Part shown: positions 16,250-26,526 of the stretch, piece by piece
Layout of the letters: the number at the start of each line of letters is the position of its first letter
Numbering within the stretch: position 1 is the first letter of the stretch
Assembly (NCBI GenBank): GCA_900313335.1
Contig: OMQX01000005.1
Location: 1 to 38,336 of the forward strand
Length of the DNA: 38,336 bases
DNA from: an uncultured Prevotellaceae bacterium
Lineage (GTDB): Bacteria > Bacteroidota > Bacteroidia > Bacteroidales > Bacteroidaceae
Reading direction: 5' to 3'
Position numbers and translations under genes: made by a program
Notes under the pieces: generated by a model
Databases searched by the model: none
Told to the model about the DNA's origin: nothing
The model's input: the letters and a program-made list of their open reading frames with translations, nothing else

Positions 16250-16499
16250 TGCAAAGGAGGCAGCAGACAGCCTTTCTGTTTATACACCGACGAAGAAGGT
16301 TGCCCGCTCCAAGGCGGATTCGACAGACAACAAACATGTTCCGAATGTTATCGGAATGGGAGCACGAAATGCTGTTTACGAGATGAAGAAGAGGGGGCTG
16401 AAAGTAAAACTACAAGGAACGGGAGCCGTAAAGGAACAAAGCATTCCTGCGGGAACTGAAATAACAAAACCTGCAACCGTAAACCTGATTCTGGAATAA
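16200..16499 (+). pseudogene. ftsI: Detached C-terminal PASTA-domain segment of ftsI in a different reading frame (frame break or sequencing indel)
   Basis: The ORF 16200..16499 starts with GTG and overlaps the ftsI stop by 50 nt. It encodes ...HVPNVIGMGARNAVYEMKKRGLKVKLQGTGAVKEQSIPAGTEITKPATVNLILE, a PASTA-like fold signature. A stand-alone gene is implausible because there is no ATG, no spacing, and it ends 31 nt before murE. Confidence 0.6.
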
Positions 16500-16530
16500 G
16501 ACGTAAACTATTATACTATATATAAGGTAT

Positions 16531-17985
16531 ATGAAACTGACTCAAATCATAGAGCATTGCAAGCCAAAGGACATTATCGGCAATGCATGCATTGAAATAG
16601 CGAAACTGGAGATTGATTCGCGCAAGGTAGAGAAGGGTACGGCCTTCATTGCCATGCGCGGAACTCAGGTCGACGGGCACGACTATATTGCCAGGGCTAT
16701 TGAACTTGGCGCAAGCGCAGTTGTCTGCGAGAAATTACCTGAAACGCTGTCGGAAAATGTCACATATGTCCAGTATGATAATACCGAGGATGCCGTAGGG
16801 CCCTTGGCAACTGAGTTTTATGGCAATCCGACCAGGAGGATGAAGCTGATAGGCGTTACCGGAACCAACGGCAAGACGACAATTGCCACTACATTGTACA
16901 ATATTGTAAGGCACATGGGCTTAAAGGCTGGTCTCTGCAGCACTGTCTGCAACTATATTGACGGTAAGCCCTACCCCACCGAATGCACAACGCCTGACCC
17001 GATCACGTTGAATCACCTGTTGGGAGATATGGCAGATGCCGGTTGCGAATATGCATTCATGGAGGTAAGCAGCCATGCTGTAGCACAGAAACGAATTGGA
17101 GGCCTGACCTTTACCGGCGGTCTGTTCACGAACCTGACACGCGATCATCTGGATTATCACAAGACATTCGAGAACTACCGTGATGCCAAGAAAGGATTCT
17201 TCGACATGCTTCCCAAGGAGGCATTTGCGATTACGAATGCAGATGACCGCAATGGCATGGTTATGACACAGAATACCAAGGCGACCGTAAAGACATACTC
17301 AATACGCGGTATTGCTGATTTCCGTGCAAAGGTGCTGGAAGAAAGTTTCGAGGGTATGAATCTGCTTTTCGACAACACCGAGGTATTTGTCCAATTCGTC
17401 GGCCGGTTCAATGTCCAGAACCTGCTTGCCGTATATGGTGCACTGCGCATGATGGGCATAGGCCAGCAGGAGGCTCTAATTGAGCTGAGCGCCATGAAAC
17501 CAGTGAACGGACGCTTTGAGACAATACGCTCTGGCAATGGCGTGACCGCCATAGTAGACTATGCACATACTCCGGATGCTATTGCAAACGTTCTGACGAC
17601 TATCAACGAGGTATTACAGGGCAAGGGCGAATGCTGGACCATATGCGGTGCAGGTGGCAACCGTGACAAGGGCAAGCGGCCGCTGATGGCTCAGGAGGCT
17701 GTCAAGCAGAGCGACCATGTGATCATAACAAGTGACAATCCTCGTTTCGAGGATCCGCAGGATATAATAAATGACATGCTTGCAGGCCTTACACCGGAAG
17801 ACATGAAGAAAACGATAAGTATCACAGACCGTCGCGAGGCAATACGCACAGCATGTATGATGGCGCATCCAGGTGACGTTATCCTTGTTGCCGGAAAGGG
17901 ACATGAGGACTATCAGATCATCCAGGGGGTGAAGCATCATTTTGACGATCATGAGATTATATACGAAGCATTTGGCCTCGAATAA
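16531..17985 (+). CDS. murE: UDP-N-acetylmuramoyl-L-alanyl-D-glutamate--2,6-diaminopimelate ligase
   Basis: 484 aa with the P-loop [10 protein letters not shown], then [11 protein letters not shown], then DNPR near the C-terminus. Canonical dcw position. Confidence 0.95.
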   Translation: MKLTQIIEHCKPKDIIGNACIEIAKLEIDSRKVEKGTAFIAMRGTQVDGHDYIARAIELGASAVVCEKLPETLSENVTYVQYDNTEDAVGPLATEFYGNPTRRMKLIGVTGTNGKTTIATTLYNIVRHMGLKAGLCSTVCNYIDGKPYPTECTTPDPITLNHLLGDMADAGCEYAFMEVSSHAVAQKRIGGLTFTGGLFTNLTRDHLDYHKTFENYRDAKKGFFDMLPKEAFAITNADDRNGMVMTQNTKATVKTYSIRGIADFRAKVLEESFEGMNLLFDNTEVFVQFVGRFNVQNLLAVYGALRMMGIGQQEALIELSAMKPVNGRFETIRSGNGVTAIVDYAHTPDAIANVLTTINEVLQGKGECWTICGAGGNRDKGKRPLMAQEAVKQSDHVIITSDNPRFEDPQDIINDMLAGLTPEDMKKTISITDRREAIRTACMMAHPGDVILVAGKGHEDYQIIQGVKHHFDDHEIIYEAFGLE

Positions 17986-18015
17986 TATACATAACATCAA
18001 ATATACTATTACAGA

Positions 18016-19281
18016 ATGCTATATTATCTATTCAGATTTTTAGAAAGCTACGGCATAAGCGGTTCCGGAATGTGGCATTACATCTCGTTCCGAGGAATAC
18101 TGACACTGGTGCTGAGCCTGCTGATATCCATGTGGTTCGGCCAGTACTTCATCAAATGGATGAAGCAGCATAATATAAACGAGACACAGCGCGATGCAAG
18201 TATTGACCCATACGGCGTTCAGAAGAAGAACGTTCCCACCATGGGCGGTATTATCATAATTGTTGCCACCATCGTGCCGTGTCTGCTGCTTGGCCGACTA
18301 CGCAATATATACATGCTGCTGATGCTTGCCACGACATTGTGGCTAGGATTTATAGGCTTCATGGATGACTACATAAAGATGAAAGTGCATAAGGACGGTC
18401 TCCGCCCTATATACAAGCTGGCAGGGCAGGCTGTCCTGGGACTGATAATAGGACTTGTCCTGTGGCAGAGCCCTGATGCTGTTATCCGTGAAAACATCAC
18501 AACAGTAAAACAAGGAGCGACCGAGGTTGTAATACACAAGAGCGAGCCGGTTAAAAGCACTATAACGACGATTCCCTTTGTTAAAAACAACAACCTGAGC
18601 TACAGCAACCTGTTCTCGTTCCTGGGACAATACAGGACGGCTGCCGGATGGATATTCTTCGTATTCGTAGTGACATTCGTCGTAATGGCAGTCAGCAACG
18701 GCAGCAATCTTAACGATGGAATGGACGGTATGTGTGCCGGAAATTCGGCGATAATGTGTGCGGCACTGGCAATACTTGCGTATGTGTCGAGCCATATCAC
18801 GTTGGCCAGCTATCTGAATATCATGTTTATTCCCGGATCGGAGGAGTTGGTTATCTTCCTGTTGGCTTTCATGGGTGCGCTTATAGGATTTCTGTGGTAT
18901 AATGCATATCCGGCACAGGTGTTCATGGGTGATACAGGTTCTCTGGCCATCGGAGGTATAATTGCTGTAACGGCAATCATCATTCACAAGGAGCTGCTTA
19001 TTCCTGTCATCTGTTTCGTCTTCCTCATCGAGAGCATAAGTGTGCTCCTGCAGACAAATGTTGCGAAGATGGGTAATAAACACGGGGAAAAATGGCGTGT
19101 TATAAAGCGTGCTCCCATACATGACACATTCAGGGTTAAGCCCGAGGACCTGGCAAAGGACCTGAAGATATTCCTTAACTGGCCAAACGGATGCTGGCTG
19201 GAAAGCAAGGTGACGGTACGATTCTGGATTGTTACGATAATCATGGCAGCATTGGCAATTGTAACATTGAAGATAAGATAA
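18016..19281 (+). CDS. mraY: Phospho-N-acetylmuramoyl-pentapeptide transferase
   Basis: 421-aa polytopic membrane protein with the motifs PTMGG, NLNDGMDGM-like (SNGSNLNDGMDGM) and FMGDTGSLAIGG. Confidence 0.95.
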   Translation: MLYYLFRFLESYGISGSGMWHYISFRGILTLVLSLLISMWFGQYFIKWMKQHNINETQRDASIDPYGVQKKNVPTMGGIIIIVATIVPCLLLGRLRNIYMLLMLATTLWLGFIGFMDDYIKMKVHKDGLRPIYKLAGQAVLGLIIGLVLWQSPDAVIRENITTVKQGATEVVIHKSEPVKSTITTIPFVKNNNLSYSNLFSFLGQYRTAAGWIFFVFVVTFVVMAVSNGSNLNDGMDGMCAGNSAIMCAALAILAYVSSHITLASYLNIMFIPGSEELVIFLLAFMGALIGFLWYNAYPAQVFMGDTGSLAIGGIIAVTAIIIHKELLIPVICFVFLIESISVLLQTNVAKMGNKHGEKWRVIKRAPIHDTFRVKPEDLAKDLKIFLNWPNGCWLESKVTVRFWIVTIIMAALAIVTLKIR

Positions 19282-19310
19282 TAACGACAATACATTATTA
19301 TATATAATAT

Positions 19311-20642
19311 ATGAGGATAGTAATTCTTGGCGCGGCAGAAAGCGGAGTAGGCGCTGCGGTACTGGCTCTTAAGAAAGGATTCCAGGTGTTTGTCAGCGAT
19401 ATGGGGAATATCAAGGCGAACTACAAGGAGATACTGGATAAATATGGCATCAGATGGGAGGAGAACAAGCATACTGAGGATGAAATACTGTGTGCTGACG
19501 AAATAATAAAAAGCCCTGGTATACCTGACACTGCTCCAATGGTTGTGAAGGCTATTGATGCAGGCATACCTGTCATCAGCGAAATTGAGTTTGCCGGACG
19601 TTACACCAATGCCAAGATGATATGTATTACCGGCAGTAATGGTAAGACTACGACAACAAGCCTGATATACCATATCCTCAAGAATGCAGGATATAACGTA
19701 GGTCTGGCTGGTAACATAGGCCGTTCGCTGGCCTTGCAGATTGCGGAAGGTTGCGACTATACGCACTATGTGATTGAACTGAGCAGCTTCCAGCTGGACA
19801 ATATGTACGAATTCCGTGCAAACATTGCGGTTCTTCTTAATATCACTCCTGATCATCTGGACAGATATGACAACAAGATGCAGAACTATACGGATTCCAA
19901 AATGCGCATTATCCAGAACCAGACGGAGGAAGACGTATTCATCTATTGGGCAGATGACCCGATAGTCAAGGAAGAGATAAAGAAATACAACATAAAGTCA
20001 AGACTGTGTCCGTTCTCTATATTGAGCAAGAAAGGAATGTCTGGTTACATCAGCGATGGAACATATACTATAGAGCAGCCTGAGCTGTTCAGCATGCCGC
20101 AACAGTCGCTGTCCCTGCACGGCAAGCACAACATGTATAATTCCCTCGCTGCCGGAATAGCCGCCCGCTTTGCTGGTGTAAATGAGGACGACCTGCAAAA
20201 GAGCCTTGCCGATTTCGAGGGTGTAGAGCATCGCCTGGAGAAGGTGGCTAATGTCAATGGCGTACACTATATCAACGACTCGAAAGCAACCAATGTTGAT
20301 GCATGCTGGTATGCATTGGAGAGCATGGAAACGCCTACAATACTGATTATCGGCGGTAAGGACAAGGGTAATGACTACGAAGCCATCCGGGAATTGGTAC
20401 AGCAAAAGTGTGCAGGCATCGTATACCTGGGTGCCGACAATACAAAACTGCACAATTTCTTTGACAAACTGGGAATTCCGACTGCAGATACACATAGTAT
20501 GAAAGATTGTGTGGCCGAATGTGTGAAAATGGCAAAACCCGGATATACCGTACTGCTGAGTCCGTGCTGTGCAAGCTTTGACCTGTTCAAGAACATGGAG
20601 GACCGCGGCGAGCAGTTCAAGACATTGGTAAGGTCCCTCTGA
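19311..20642 (+). CDS. murD: UDP-N-acetylmuramoylalanine--D-glutamate ligase
   Basis: 443 aa with a Rossmann N-terminus ILGAAESGVGAA, the P-loop ITGSNGKTTT, NITPDHLDRY and DSKATN. Confidence 0.95.
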   Translation: MRIVILGAAESGVGAAVLALKKGFQVFVSDMGNIKANYKEILDKYGIRWEENKHTEDEILCADEIIKSPGIPDTAPMVVKAIDAGIPVISEIEFAGRYTNAKMICITGSNGKTTTTSLIYHILKNAGYNVGLAGNIGRSLALQIAEGCDYTHYVIELSSFQLDNMYEFRANIAVLLNITPDHLDRYDNKMQNYTDSKMRIIQNQTEEDVFIYWADDPIVKEEIKKYNIKSRLCPFSILSKKGMSGYISDGTYTIEQPELFSMPQQSLSLHGKHNMYNSLAAGIAARFAGVNEDDLQKSLADFEGVEHRLEKVANVNGVHYINDSKATNVDACWYALESMETPTILIIGGKDKGNDYEAIRELVQQKCAGIVYLGADNTKLHNFFDKLGIPTADTHSMKDCVAECVKMAKPGYTVLLSPCCASFDLFKNMEDRGEQFKTLVRSL

Positions 20643-20677
20643 GCAAAGGGCGCTAACATAAAGATGATGACAAGAAA

Positions 20678-21916
20678 ATGGTAAACTGGAGTAAAGAAAA
20701 CTTTAAGGAAAAGGGCCTTATGCAAGGTGACATGGCCTTGTGGATGATATTCCTGGGGTTGTGCATGATTTCTATTGTAGAGGTCTATAGCGCATCCAGC
20801 AACATGACATATTCCAACGGTGCATATTGGGAACCGGTAATGAAACATGGCAGTATTGTTGCCTTCGGCATATGTATTGCATGGGTACTGCATATACTGC
20901 CCTGCAAGTTATACAAGCTGATAGGTCTTGTTCTGGTACTGGCCTCCTTTGCCCTGTTGATTATAGCATATTTTGTAGGACAGAAGAACGGTGCAGCACG
21001 ATGGATTCCTCTTGGTCCGCTGACTTTCCAGCCCAGCGAGGTTGCCAAGTTGGGTCTGATAATGTTCTCGGCCTTCGTCTTCAGCACATTCCGCACAAAG
21101 GACGGAGTAAGTACATTCGGTATCAGGCTGGCGGCTGTTGTGATTCTTCTGATTCTTGCACTTATAGCTCCGGAAAACCTGAGTACTGCAGGCATCATAT
21201 TCATAGTGTTGTACCTGATAGGATTCTATGCCCAGATTCCCATGCGATGGCTGCTGTCCATAGGCGGCGTACTTGCCGGTGGTGCCATACTTGCATTCGT
21301 GGCAGTGTACTCAATTCCCGATGCGGTATTTGAGAAATGGCATCAGGACAACGTCCCCGTTCTGCACAGGGCACAGACATGGGCGAACCGCATAAAGAAA
21401 GGCAGTGACATTCCCGATGACCCGCACGATTTCAATATTACAGAAGACATTCAGGTAACACATGCGAAAATTGCTGTCGGTACCTGCGGTATTTTTGGCA
21501 AAGGACCGGGAAACTCGGTCGAAAGGGATTATCTGCCACATGCCGATAATGACTTTATATATGCCATTATAATAGAAGAGGGCGGAATCATTGCCGGCGG
21601 TTTCGTAATGCTCCTGTATCTTTTACTGCTATACCGCTCCATGGTGATTGCAAGAAGGTGCAAAGCATTGTTCCCGGCATATCTAATTATGGGACTGGCA
21701 CTGATGATGGTAATACAGGCGATGGTCAACATGGCTGTAGACGTTGGTGCCATGCCGGTAACGGGACAGCCTCTGCCGCTTATAAGCCGAGGCGGTACCA
21801 GTACCATAGTGAACTGTGCGTATATGGGAATCATGTTGAGCGTAAGCCGTTCGGCAAGAAAGATAGACGAGGACAACGAAACAGCTACAGTTGAGGAGAA
21901 ACCAACGGAATCATGA
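20678..21916 (+). CDS. ftsW: SEDS-family peptidoglycan glycosyltransferase FtsW
   Basis: 412-aa multi-TM protein with FQPSEVAKL, DFIYAIIIEEGG and GQPLPLISRGGTS. The start could instead be the internal Met at 20720. Confidence 0.92.
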   Translation: MVNWSKENFKEKGLMQGDMALWMIFLGLCMISIVEVYSASSNMTYSNGAYWEPVMKHGSIVAFGICIAWVLHILPCKLYKLIGLVLVLASFALLIIAYFVGQKNGAARWIPLGPLTFQPSEVAKLGLIMFSAFVFSTFRTKDGVSTFGIRLAAVVILLILALIAPENLSTAGIIFIVLYLIGFYAQIPMRWLLSIGGVLAGGAILAFVAVYSIPDAVFEKWHQDNVPVLHRAQTWANRIKKGSDIPDDPHDFNITEDIQVTHAKIAVGTCGIFGKGPGNSVERDYLPHADNDFIYAIIIEEGGIIAGGFVMLLYLLLLYRSMVIARRCKALFPAYLIMGLALMMVIQAMVNMAVDVGAMPVTGQPLPLISRGGTSTIVNCAYMGIMLSVSRSARKIDEDNETATVEEKPTES

Positions 21917-23028
21917 AGGAAACAAGAGTTATCATAAGCGGTGGCGGTACCGGTGGACATATTTTCCCCGCAGTAAGCATAGCCAATGCCATTAAGGAGA
22001 TTCGTCCTGATGCCAAAATCCTGTTTGTTGGCGCGGAAGGGCGGATGGAAATGCAGCGTGTTCCTGCTGCCGGCTACGATATAAAGGGTCTTCCCGTACG
22101 TGGTCTGATACGTCCATTGTGGAGCCTCAAGAATGTGGGTGTGCTGCTGGATTACCTGAAGAGCAAGAGAATGGTACGTAACACCATCAGGGAGTTCAAA
22201 CCTCAGGTAGCAGTAGGCGTGGGAGGTTACGCAAGTGCAGCAACGCTTAATGCTGCTTATGAAATGGGGATTCCGTGCCTGATTCAGGAGCAGAACAGCT
22301 TTGCCGGACTTACAAACAAGACCTTGGCAAAGAAAGCCCGAAAGATATGTGTTGCATACGAAGGTATGGAACGGTTCTTCCCTAAGGAGAACATAATGCT
22401 CACGGGCAATCCTGTACGCCAGGAGTTGTGTAGCGACATAACACATGAAGAAGCGGCAAAGGCTTTCGGGCTCAATCCCGGAAAACCGACAATACTTATG
22501 ATTGGTGGCAGCCTGGGAGCAAGGACCTTGAATAACAGCGTACTTTCGGCCCTGAAGACTATAGGGGAGTCCAACGTGCAGTTTATATGGCAGACCGGAG
22601 GATACTACAAGGACACCATCAAAAAGGAATTGGAGATAAAAGGTAAGCCGGAGAACCTCTTTGTCTATGACTTTATTAAAAATATGGACAAGGCATACCG
22701 GATTGCCGATCTGGTCATCAGCCGCGCTGGAGCAAGCAGCATCAGCGAGCTATGCCTGTTAGGCAAGCCCAGTATCCTGGTGCCGAGCCCCAACGTATCC
22801 GAAGACCATCAGACACACAATGCAATGGCATTGGTCAATCGTGATGCCGCAATCATCGTGCGTGATGCAGAGGCTGAAGAAAAACTGATACCTATGGCAT
22901 TACAGACCGTTGCAGACAAGCGGAGGCTGGATATACTGGGAACAAATGCTAGAAAAATGGCACTTCTGGACTCTGCACGAATAATAGCTGAGGAGGTCCT
23001 GAAACTGGCTGACGAGACACAAAGGTAA
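21913..23028 (+). CDS. murG: UDP-N-acetylglucosamine--N-acetylmuramyl-(pentapeptide) pyrophosphoryl-undecaprenol GlcNAc transferase
   Basis: 371 aa with SGGGTGGHIFPA at the N-terminus and ISRAGASSISEL. It overlaps the ftsW stop in an ATGA junction. Confidence 0.95.
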   Translation: MKETRVIISGGGTGGHIFPAVSIANAIKEIRPDAKILFVGAEGRMEMQRVPAAGYDIKGLPVRGLIRPLWSLKNVGVLLDYLKSKRMVRNTIREFKPQVAVGVGGYASAATLNAAYEMGIPCLIQEQNSFAGLTNKTLAKKARKICVAYEGMERFFPKENIMLTGNPVRQELCSDITHEEAAKAFGLNPGKPTILMIGGSLGARTLNNSVLSALKTIGESNVQFIWQTGGYYKDTIKKELEIKGKPENLFVYDFIKNMDKAYRIADLVISRAGASSISELCLLGKPSILVPSPNVSEDHQTHNAMALVNRDAAIIVRDAEAEEKLIPMALQTVADKRRLDILGTNARKMALLDSARIIAEEVLKLADETQR

Positions 23029-23040
23029 ACACATAAAACC

Positions 23041-24408
23041 ATGGATTATAAGATGAAAGCAGTATATTTTGTAGGTATCGGAGGCATTGGAATGAGCGCA
23101 ATTGCCCGCTATTTCCTAAACACTGGCCTGACCGTAGGCGGATATGACAAAACACCAAGTCCGTTGACGAATGCCTTGGAAAAGGAAGGTGCACTGATAC
23201 ATTACGAGGATAATGTCAGCCTAATTCCCCAGGCTTGCAAGGACAACAAGGAATGTCTGGTCATATACACTCCTGCCATTCCAGCCACGCATACCGAGAT
23301 GAAGTTCTTCCGTGACAACGGTTTCGACATCCAGAAACGTGCCCAGGTCCTGGGAACATTGACACGATCACTGAAAGGATTGTGCGTAGCCGGCACACAC
23401 GGCAAGACGACGACATCGTCCATGGCAGCCCACCTGCTACATCAAAGCCACGTGGACTGCAATGCCTTCCTTGGCGGCATTACCAAGAATTACGGTACGA
23501 ACTACATCCTGTCCAAACAGAGTCCGTTTGTAGTCATAGAGGCAGATGAATTCGACAGGTCATTCCACTGGCTGACTCCATGGGCAACCGTAATCACATC
23601 TACTGATGCAGACCACCTGGATATATACGGGACAGAAGAGGCTTATCTGGAATCGTTTAGCAAATACACCAGCCTTATTCTCCCTAACGGCTATCTGATC
23701 CTGCACACGGGATTGAAGATGAAGCCTGACACACAGAAAGGTGTAACGACATATACATACAGCATTGACAAGGGCGACTTTCATGCCGAGAATGTAAAGA
23801 TTGGAAACGGCCGTATCACATTCGATTTCGTTTCTCCACTGGGAAACATCCGGGATATCGAGCTTGGAGTACCCGTAAAAGTCAACATTGACAACGGCAT
23901 CGGTGCCATGGCACTTGCACAGATTGCCGGTGCTACGGAAGAAGAGATCCGCCGCGGCATGCTGAGTTTTGGCGGTGTTGACCGCCGGTTTGATTTCCGT
24001 ATCAGACGCGATGACATGGTATATCTCTCGGATTACGCCCATCATCCAGAAGAGATCAGGCAGAGTCTGGCAAGCATCAAGCAATTGTATGAAGGACGCC
24101 ACATACGCGTCATCTTCCAGCCACACCTGTATACACGGACACGCGATTTCTATATGGACTTTGCCAATGCCCTGTCGCAATTGGATGATGTTGTCATAGC
24201 AGATATATATCCTGCCCGCGAAGAACCTATACCCGGAGTAACCTCCGACCTGATATACGATAATCTGGCGAAGAACGTTAACAAGCAGAAATGTTCCAAG
24301 GACGAAATCCTGGATATTGTACGCAAGAAAGACTTTGATGTACTGGTAACATTAGGTGCCGGCGACATTGAGGACCTCTCGGGAGAGATTGCCAAAATAT
24401 TGGAATAA
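23041..24408 (+). CDS. murC: UDP-N-acetylmuramate--L-alanine ligase
   Basis: 455 aa with FVGIGGIGMSAIA, VAGTHGKTTTSSM, and DYAHHPEEI. Confidence 0.95.
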   Translation: MDYKMKAVYFVGIGGIGMSAIARYFLNTGLTVGGYDKTPSPLTNALEKEGALIHYEDNVSLIPQACKDNKECLVIYTPAIPATHTEMKFFRDNGFDIQKRAQVLGTLTRSLKGLCVAGTHGKTTTSSMAAHLLHQSHVDCNAFLGGITKNYGTNYILSKQSPFVVIEADEFDRSFHWLTPWATVITSTDADHLDIYGTEEAYLESFSKYTSLILPNGYLILHTGLKMKPDTQKGVTTYTYSIDKGDFHAENVKIGNGRITFDFVSPLGNIRDIELGVPVKVNIDNGIGAMALAQIAGATEEEIRRGMLSFGGVDRRFDFRIRRDDMVYLSDYAHHPEEIRQSLASIKQLYEGRHIRVIFQPHLYTRTRDFYMDFANALSQLDDVVIADIYPAREEPIPGVTSDLIYDNLAKNVNKQKCSKDEILDIVRKKDFDVLVTLGAGDIEDLSGEIAKILE

Positions 24409-24433
24409 CTTTTAAGAGAAACAGACGGCTTAT

Positions 24434-25162
24434 ATGAAAACTGCCTTAAAAATCATTTTACTGACAGGCGTAATAGGATACCTTGTCTTTACTGTTGCAA
24501 CATTGTCCAAGAAGAACGAGGACTATGTCTGCTGCGGCGTAGACGTCGTCATCAGCAATACGTCAGAGAAAGCATTGTTCAATAAAGAATTCGTGTCCGA
24601 TATCCTGGCAAACAAAAAGATTTCACCTCAGGGGCAGACCATTTCCAAGATAAACATTAACAGGATCGAACAGATTATAGGCGAGAATGCATATATCGAT
24701 TCTGTTCAATGCTATTTCACTCCCAAGCACAATCTGTGCATCCGGGTGATTTCGCGTAAGCCCGTAATGCACGTCATTACGGATGACACCGAGTACTATA
24801 TGGACGCTAACGGCAATGTAATGCCTCCCGGCAATTTCAATCTGGACCTGTGCCTTATGACAGGTAACATCAGCGAGAAGCTGGCAAAGGACAAACTGCT
24901 GCCCCTGGCATCCTTCCTGGACAGCAACGAGCCGTGGAAAAACGAAATCCAGCAGGTAAACGTTATAGACGAGCAGCATATAGAACTGATACCTATGACA
25001 GGAGATCACCGCATTCGTATCGGTAATAGTGACAATATTAAGGAAAAGATGGACAAGCTGCTTCTTTTCCGGGAGGAGGGACTGGACAAGGTAGGATGGA
25101 ACAAATACGCTTATATTGACCTGAGCTATAACGGACAGGTTGTATGTACCAAGAAAAATTAA
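24434..25162 (+). CDS. ftsQ: Cell division protein FtsQ
   Basis: 242 aa with one N-terminal TM helix and a POTRA-like region. It sits between murC and ftsA. Confidence 0.8.
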   Translation: MKTALKIILLTGVIGYLVFTVATLSKKNEDYVCCGVDVVISNTSEKALFNKEFVSDILANKKISPQGQTISKININRIEQIIGENAYIDSVQCYFTPKHNLCIRVISRKPVMHVITDDTEYYMDANGNVMPPGNFNLDLCLMTGNISEKLAKDKLLPLASFLDSNEPWKNEIQQVNVIDEQHIELIPMTGDHRIRIGNSDNIKEKMDKLLLFREEGLDKVGWNKYAYIDLSYNGQVVCTKKN

Positions 25163-25177
25163 ACTAAAAACAATAAT

Positions 25178-26506
25178 ATGGCAGACAAAGACATTATCGT
25201 AGCATTGGAACTGGCAACAACTGCCGTTCGCGCCATTGCGGGACAGCGCATGGCAGATGGGACAATGCAAATCAAGGCAATTGTCGAGGAGAATGCATCC
25301 AACTGCATTCGCAAGGGCATAGTAGACAACATAGACAAGACAACCCAGGCTATATCAAGGGTGCTTGGACAGGTTTCACTCCAGCTTGGTCAAAGCGTAC
25401 GTCGTGTCTATGTAGGCTTGGGCGGACAGTCACTGCATACCGTAGTAAACAAAATCCAGCGTCCGCTTACCGAGAAAACGCAGGTTACAAATGACATGAT
25501 TGACCAGATGATGGACACGAACCTGGGCGTAGTATACACAAACTCGGAGATACTGGAGGTCGTGCCACAGGAATATCAGGTAGGAACCAGGACCGAGGCA
25601 GAAGTCGTAGGCATGCAGGTAGAACAGCTCGAAGCACGGTTCCTGAACGTCATTGCACGTAATTCCCTCCAGGAGAACATCGAGAAATGTGTCCGTTCTG
25701 CAGGATACGAGATTGCCGAGCTGCTGATTGCTCCGCTGACACTTGCAGACACACTGCTTAATGCCGCAGAGAAACGCTCCGGCTGTGCACTCGTCGACCT
25801 CGGAGCAGACACCACTACCGTAAGCATATATACCAAAAACATTCTCAGGAAGCTGTGCGTGATACCCCTGGGCGGCAACAATGTCACGGCAGACATCGCC
25901 AACTGCCTGTCTGTAGAAAACGATGAAGCCGAGGCATTGAAACTGCGTCATGGATATGCCTGGAAGCAATTTGCCAGCGACGAAGAGACCAAGACAATAT
26001 CCATTTCTCATGACAGGAGTGTAAACGAAGAGGCCCTGTCGGATATAATCCAGGCAAGATACGAGGAAATCCTGATGAATGTATGGAGCCAGCTGAAGAG
26101 CGACAGCGACAAACTTGTTTCCGGTATCGTATTCACGGGAGGAGCCTCGCAGATACGCGCCTTGCAGAATGCATTCCAGAAATTCTCGCATACAAACAAA
26201 ACCATACATATCGCCAAGCTTCCGTCCGAGATAAGCACAGCCCCGGGTATTCAGATTGCTGACAACGGCAGGATGAATACACTTGTTGCGCTTCTGCTGC
26301 ATGGTGACCAGAATTGCGTCAACCGTGACAAGGCCGAAGAGACTGCGACAAAGGAGCCGTTACCCAAGGCAGAGCCAGAACCGGTGTCAACGCCGAAACA
26401 GAAACAGACGCCAGCACAGACGGAAACACCTGTTACCGAAGAACCCAGACCACACAAGAAGAACTGGTGGGAGAAGATACAAGAGGCACTAAACCAGGAA
26501 GATTAA
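25178..26506 (+). CDS. ftsA: Cell division protein FtsA
   Basis: 442-aa actin-like ATPase (VALELATTAVRAIAG, VDLGADTTTVSIY, VFTGGASQI). It has a Pro/Glu/Thr-rich linker and a C-terminal amphipathic helix (KKNWWEKIQEALN). Confidence 0.93.
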   Translation: MADKDIIVALELATTAVRAIAGQRMADGTMQIKAIVEENASNCIRKGIVDNIDKTTQAISRVLGQVSLQLGQSVRRVYVGLGGQSLHTVVNKIQRPLTEKTQVTNDMIDQMMDTNLGVVYTNSEILEVVPQEYQVGTRTEAEVVGMQVEQLEARFLNVIARNSLQENIEKCVRSAGYEIAELLIAPLTLADTLLNAAEKRSGCALVDLGADTTTVSIYTKNILRKLCVIPLGGNNVTADIANCLSVENDEAEALKLRHGYAWKQFASDEETKTISISHDRSVNEEALSDIIQARYEEILMNVWSQLKSDSDKLVSGIVFTGGASQIRALQNAFQKFSHTNKTIHIAKLPSEISTAPGIQIADNGRMNTLVALLLHGDQNCVNRDKAEETATKEPLPKAEPEPVSTPKQKQTPAQTETPVTEEPRPHKKNWWEKIQEALNQED

Positions 26507-26526
26507 CACCCTAACACATTAAGATT

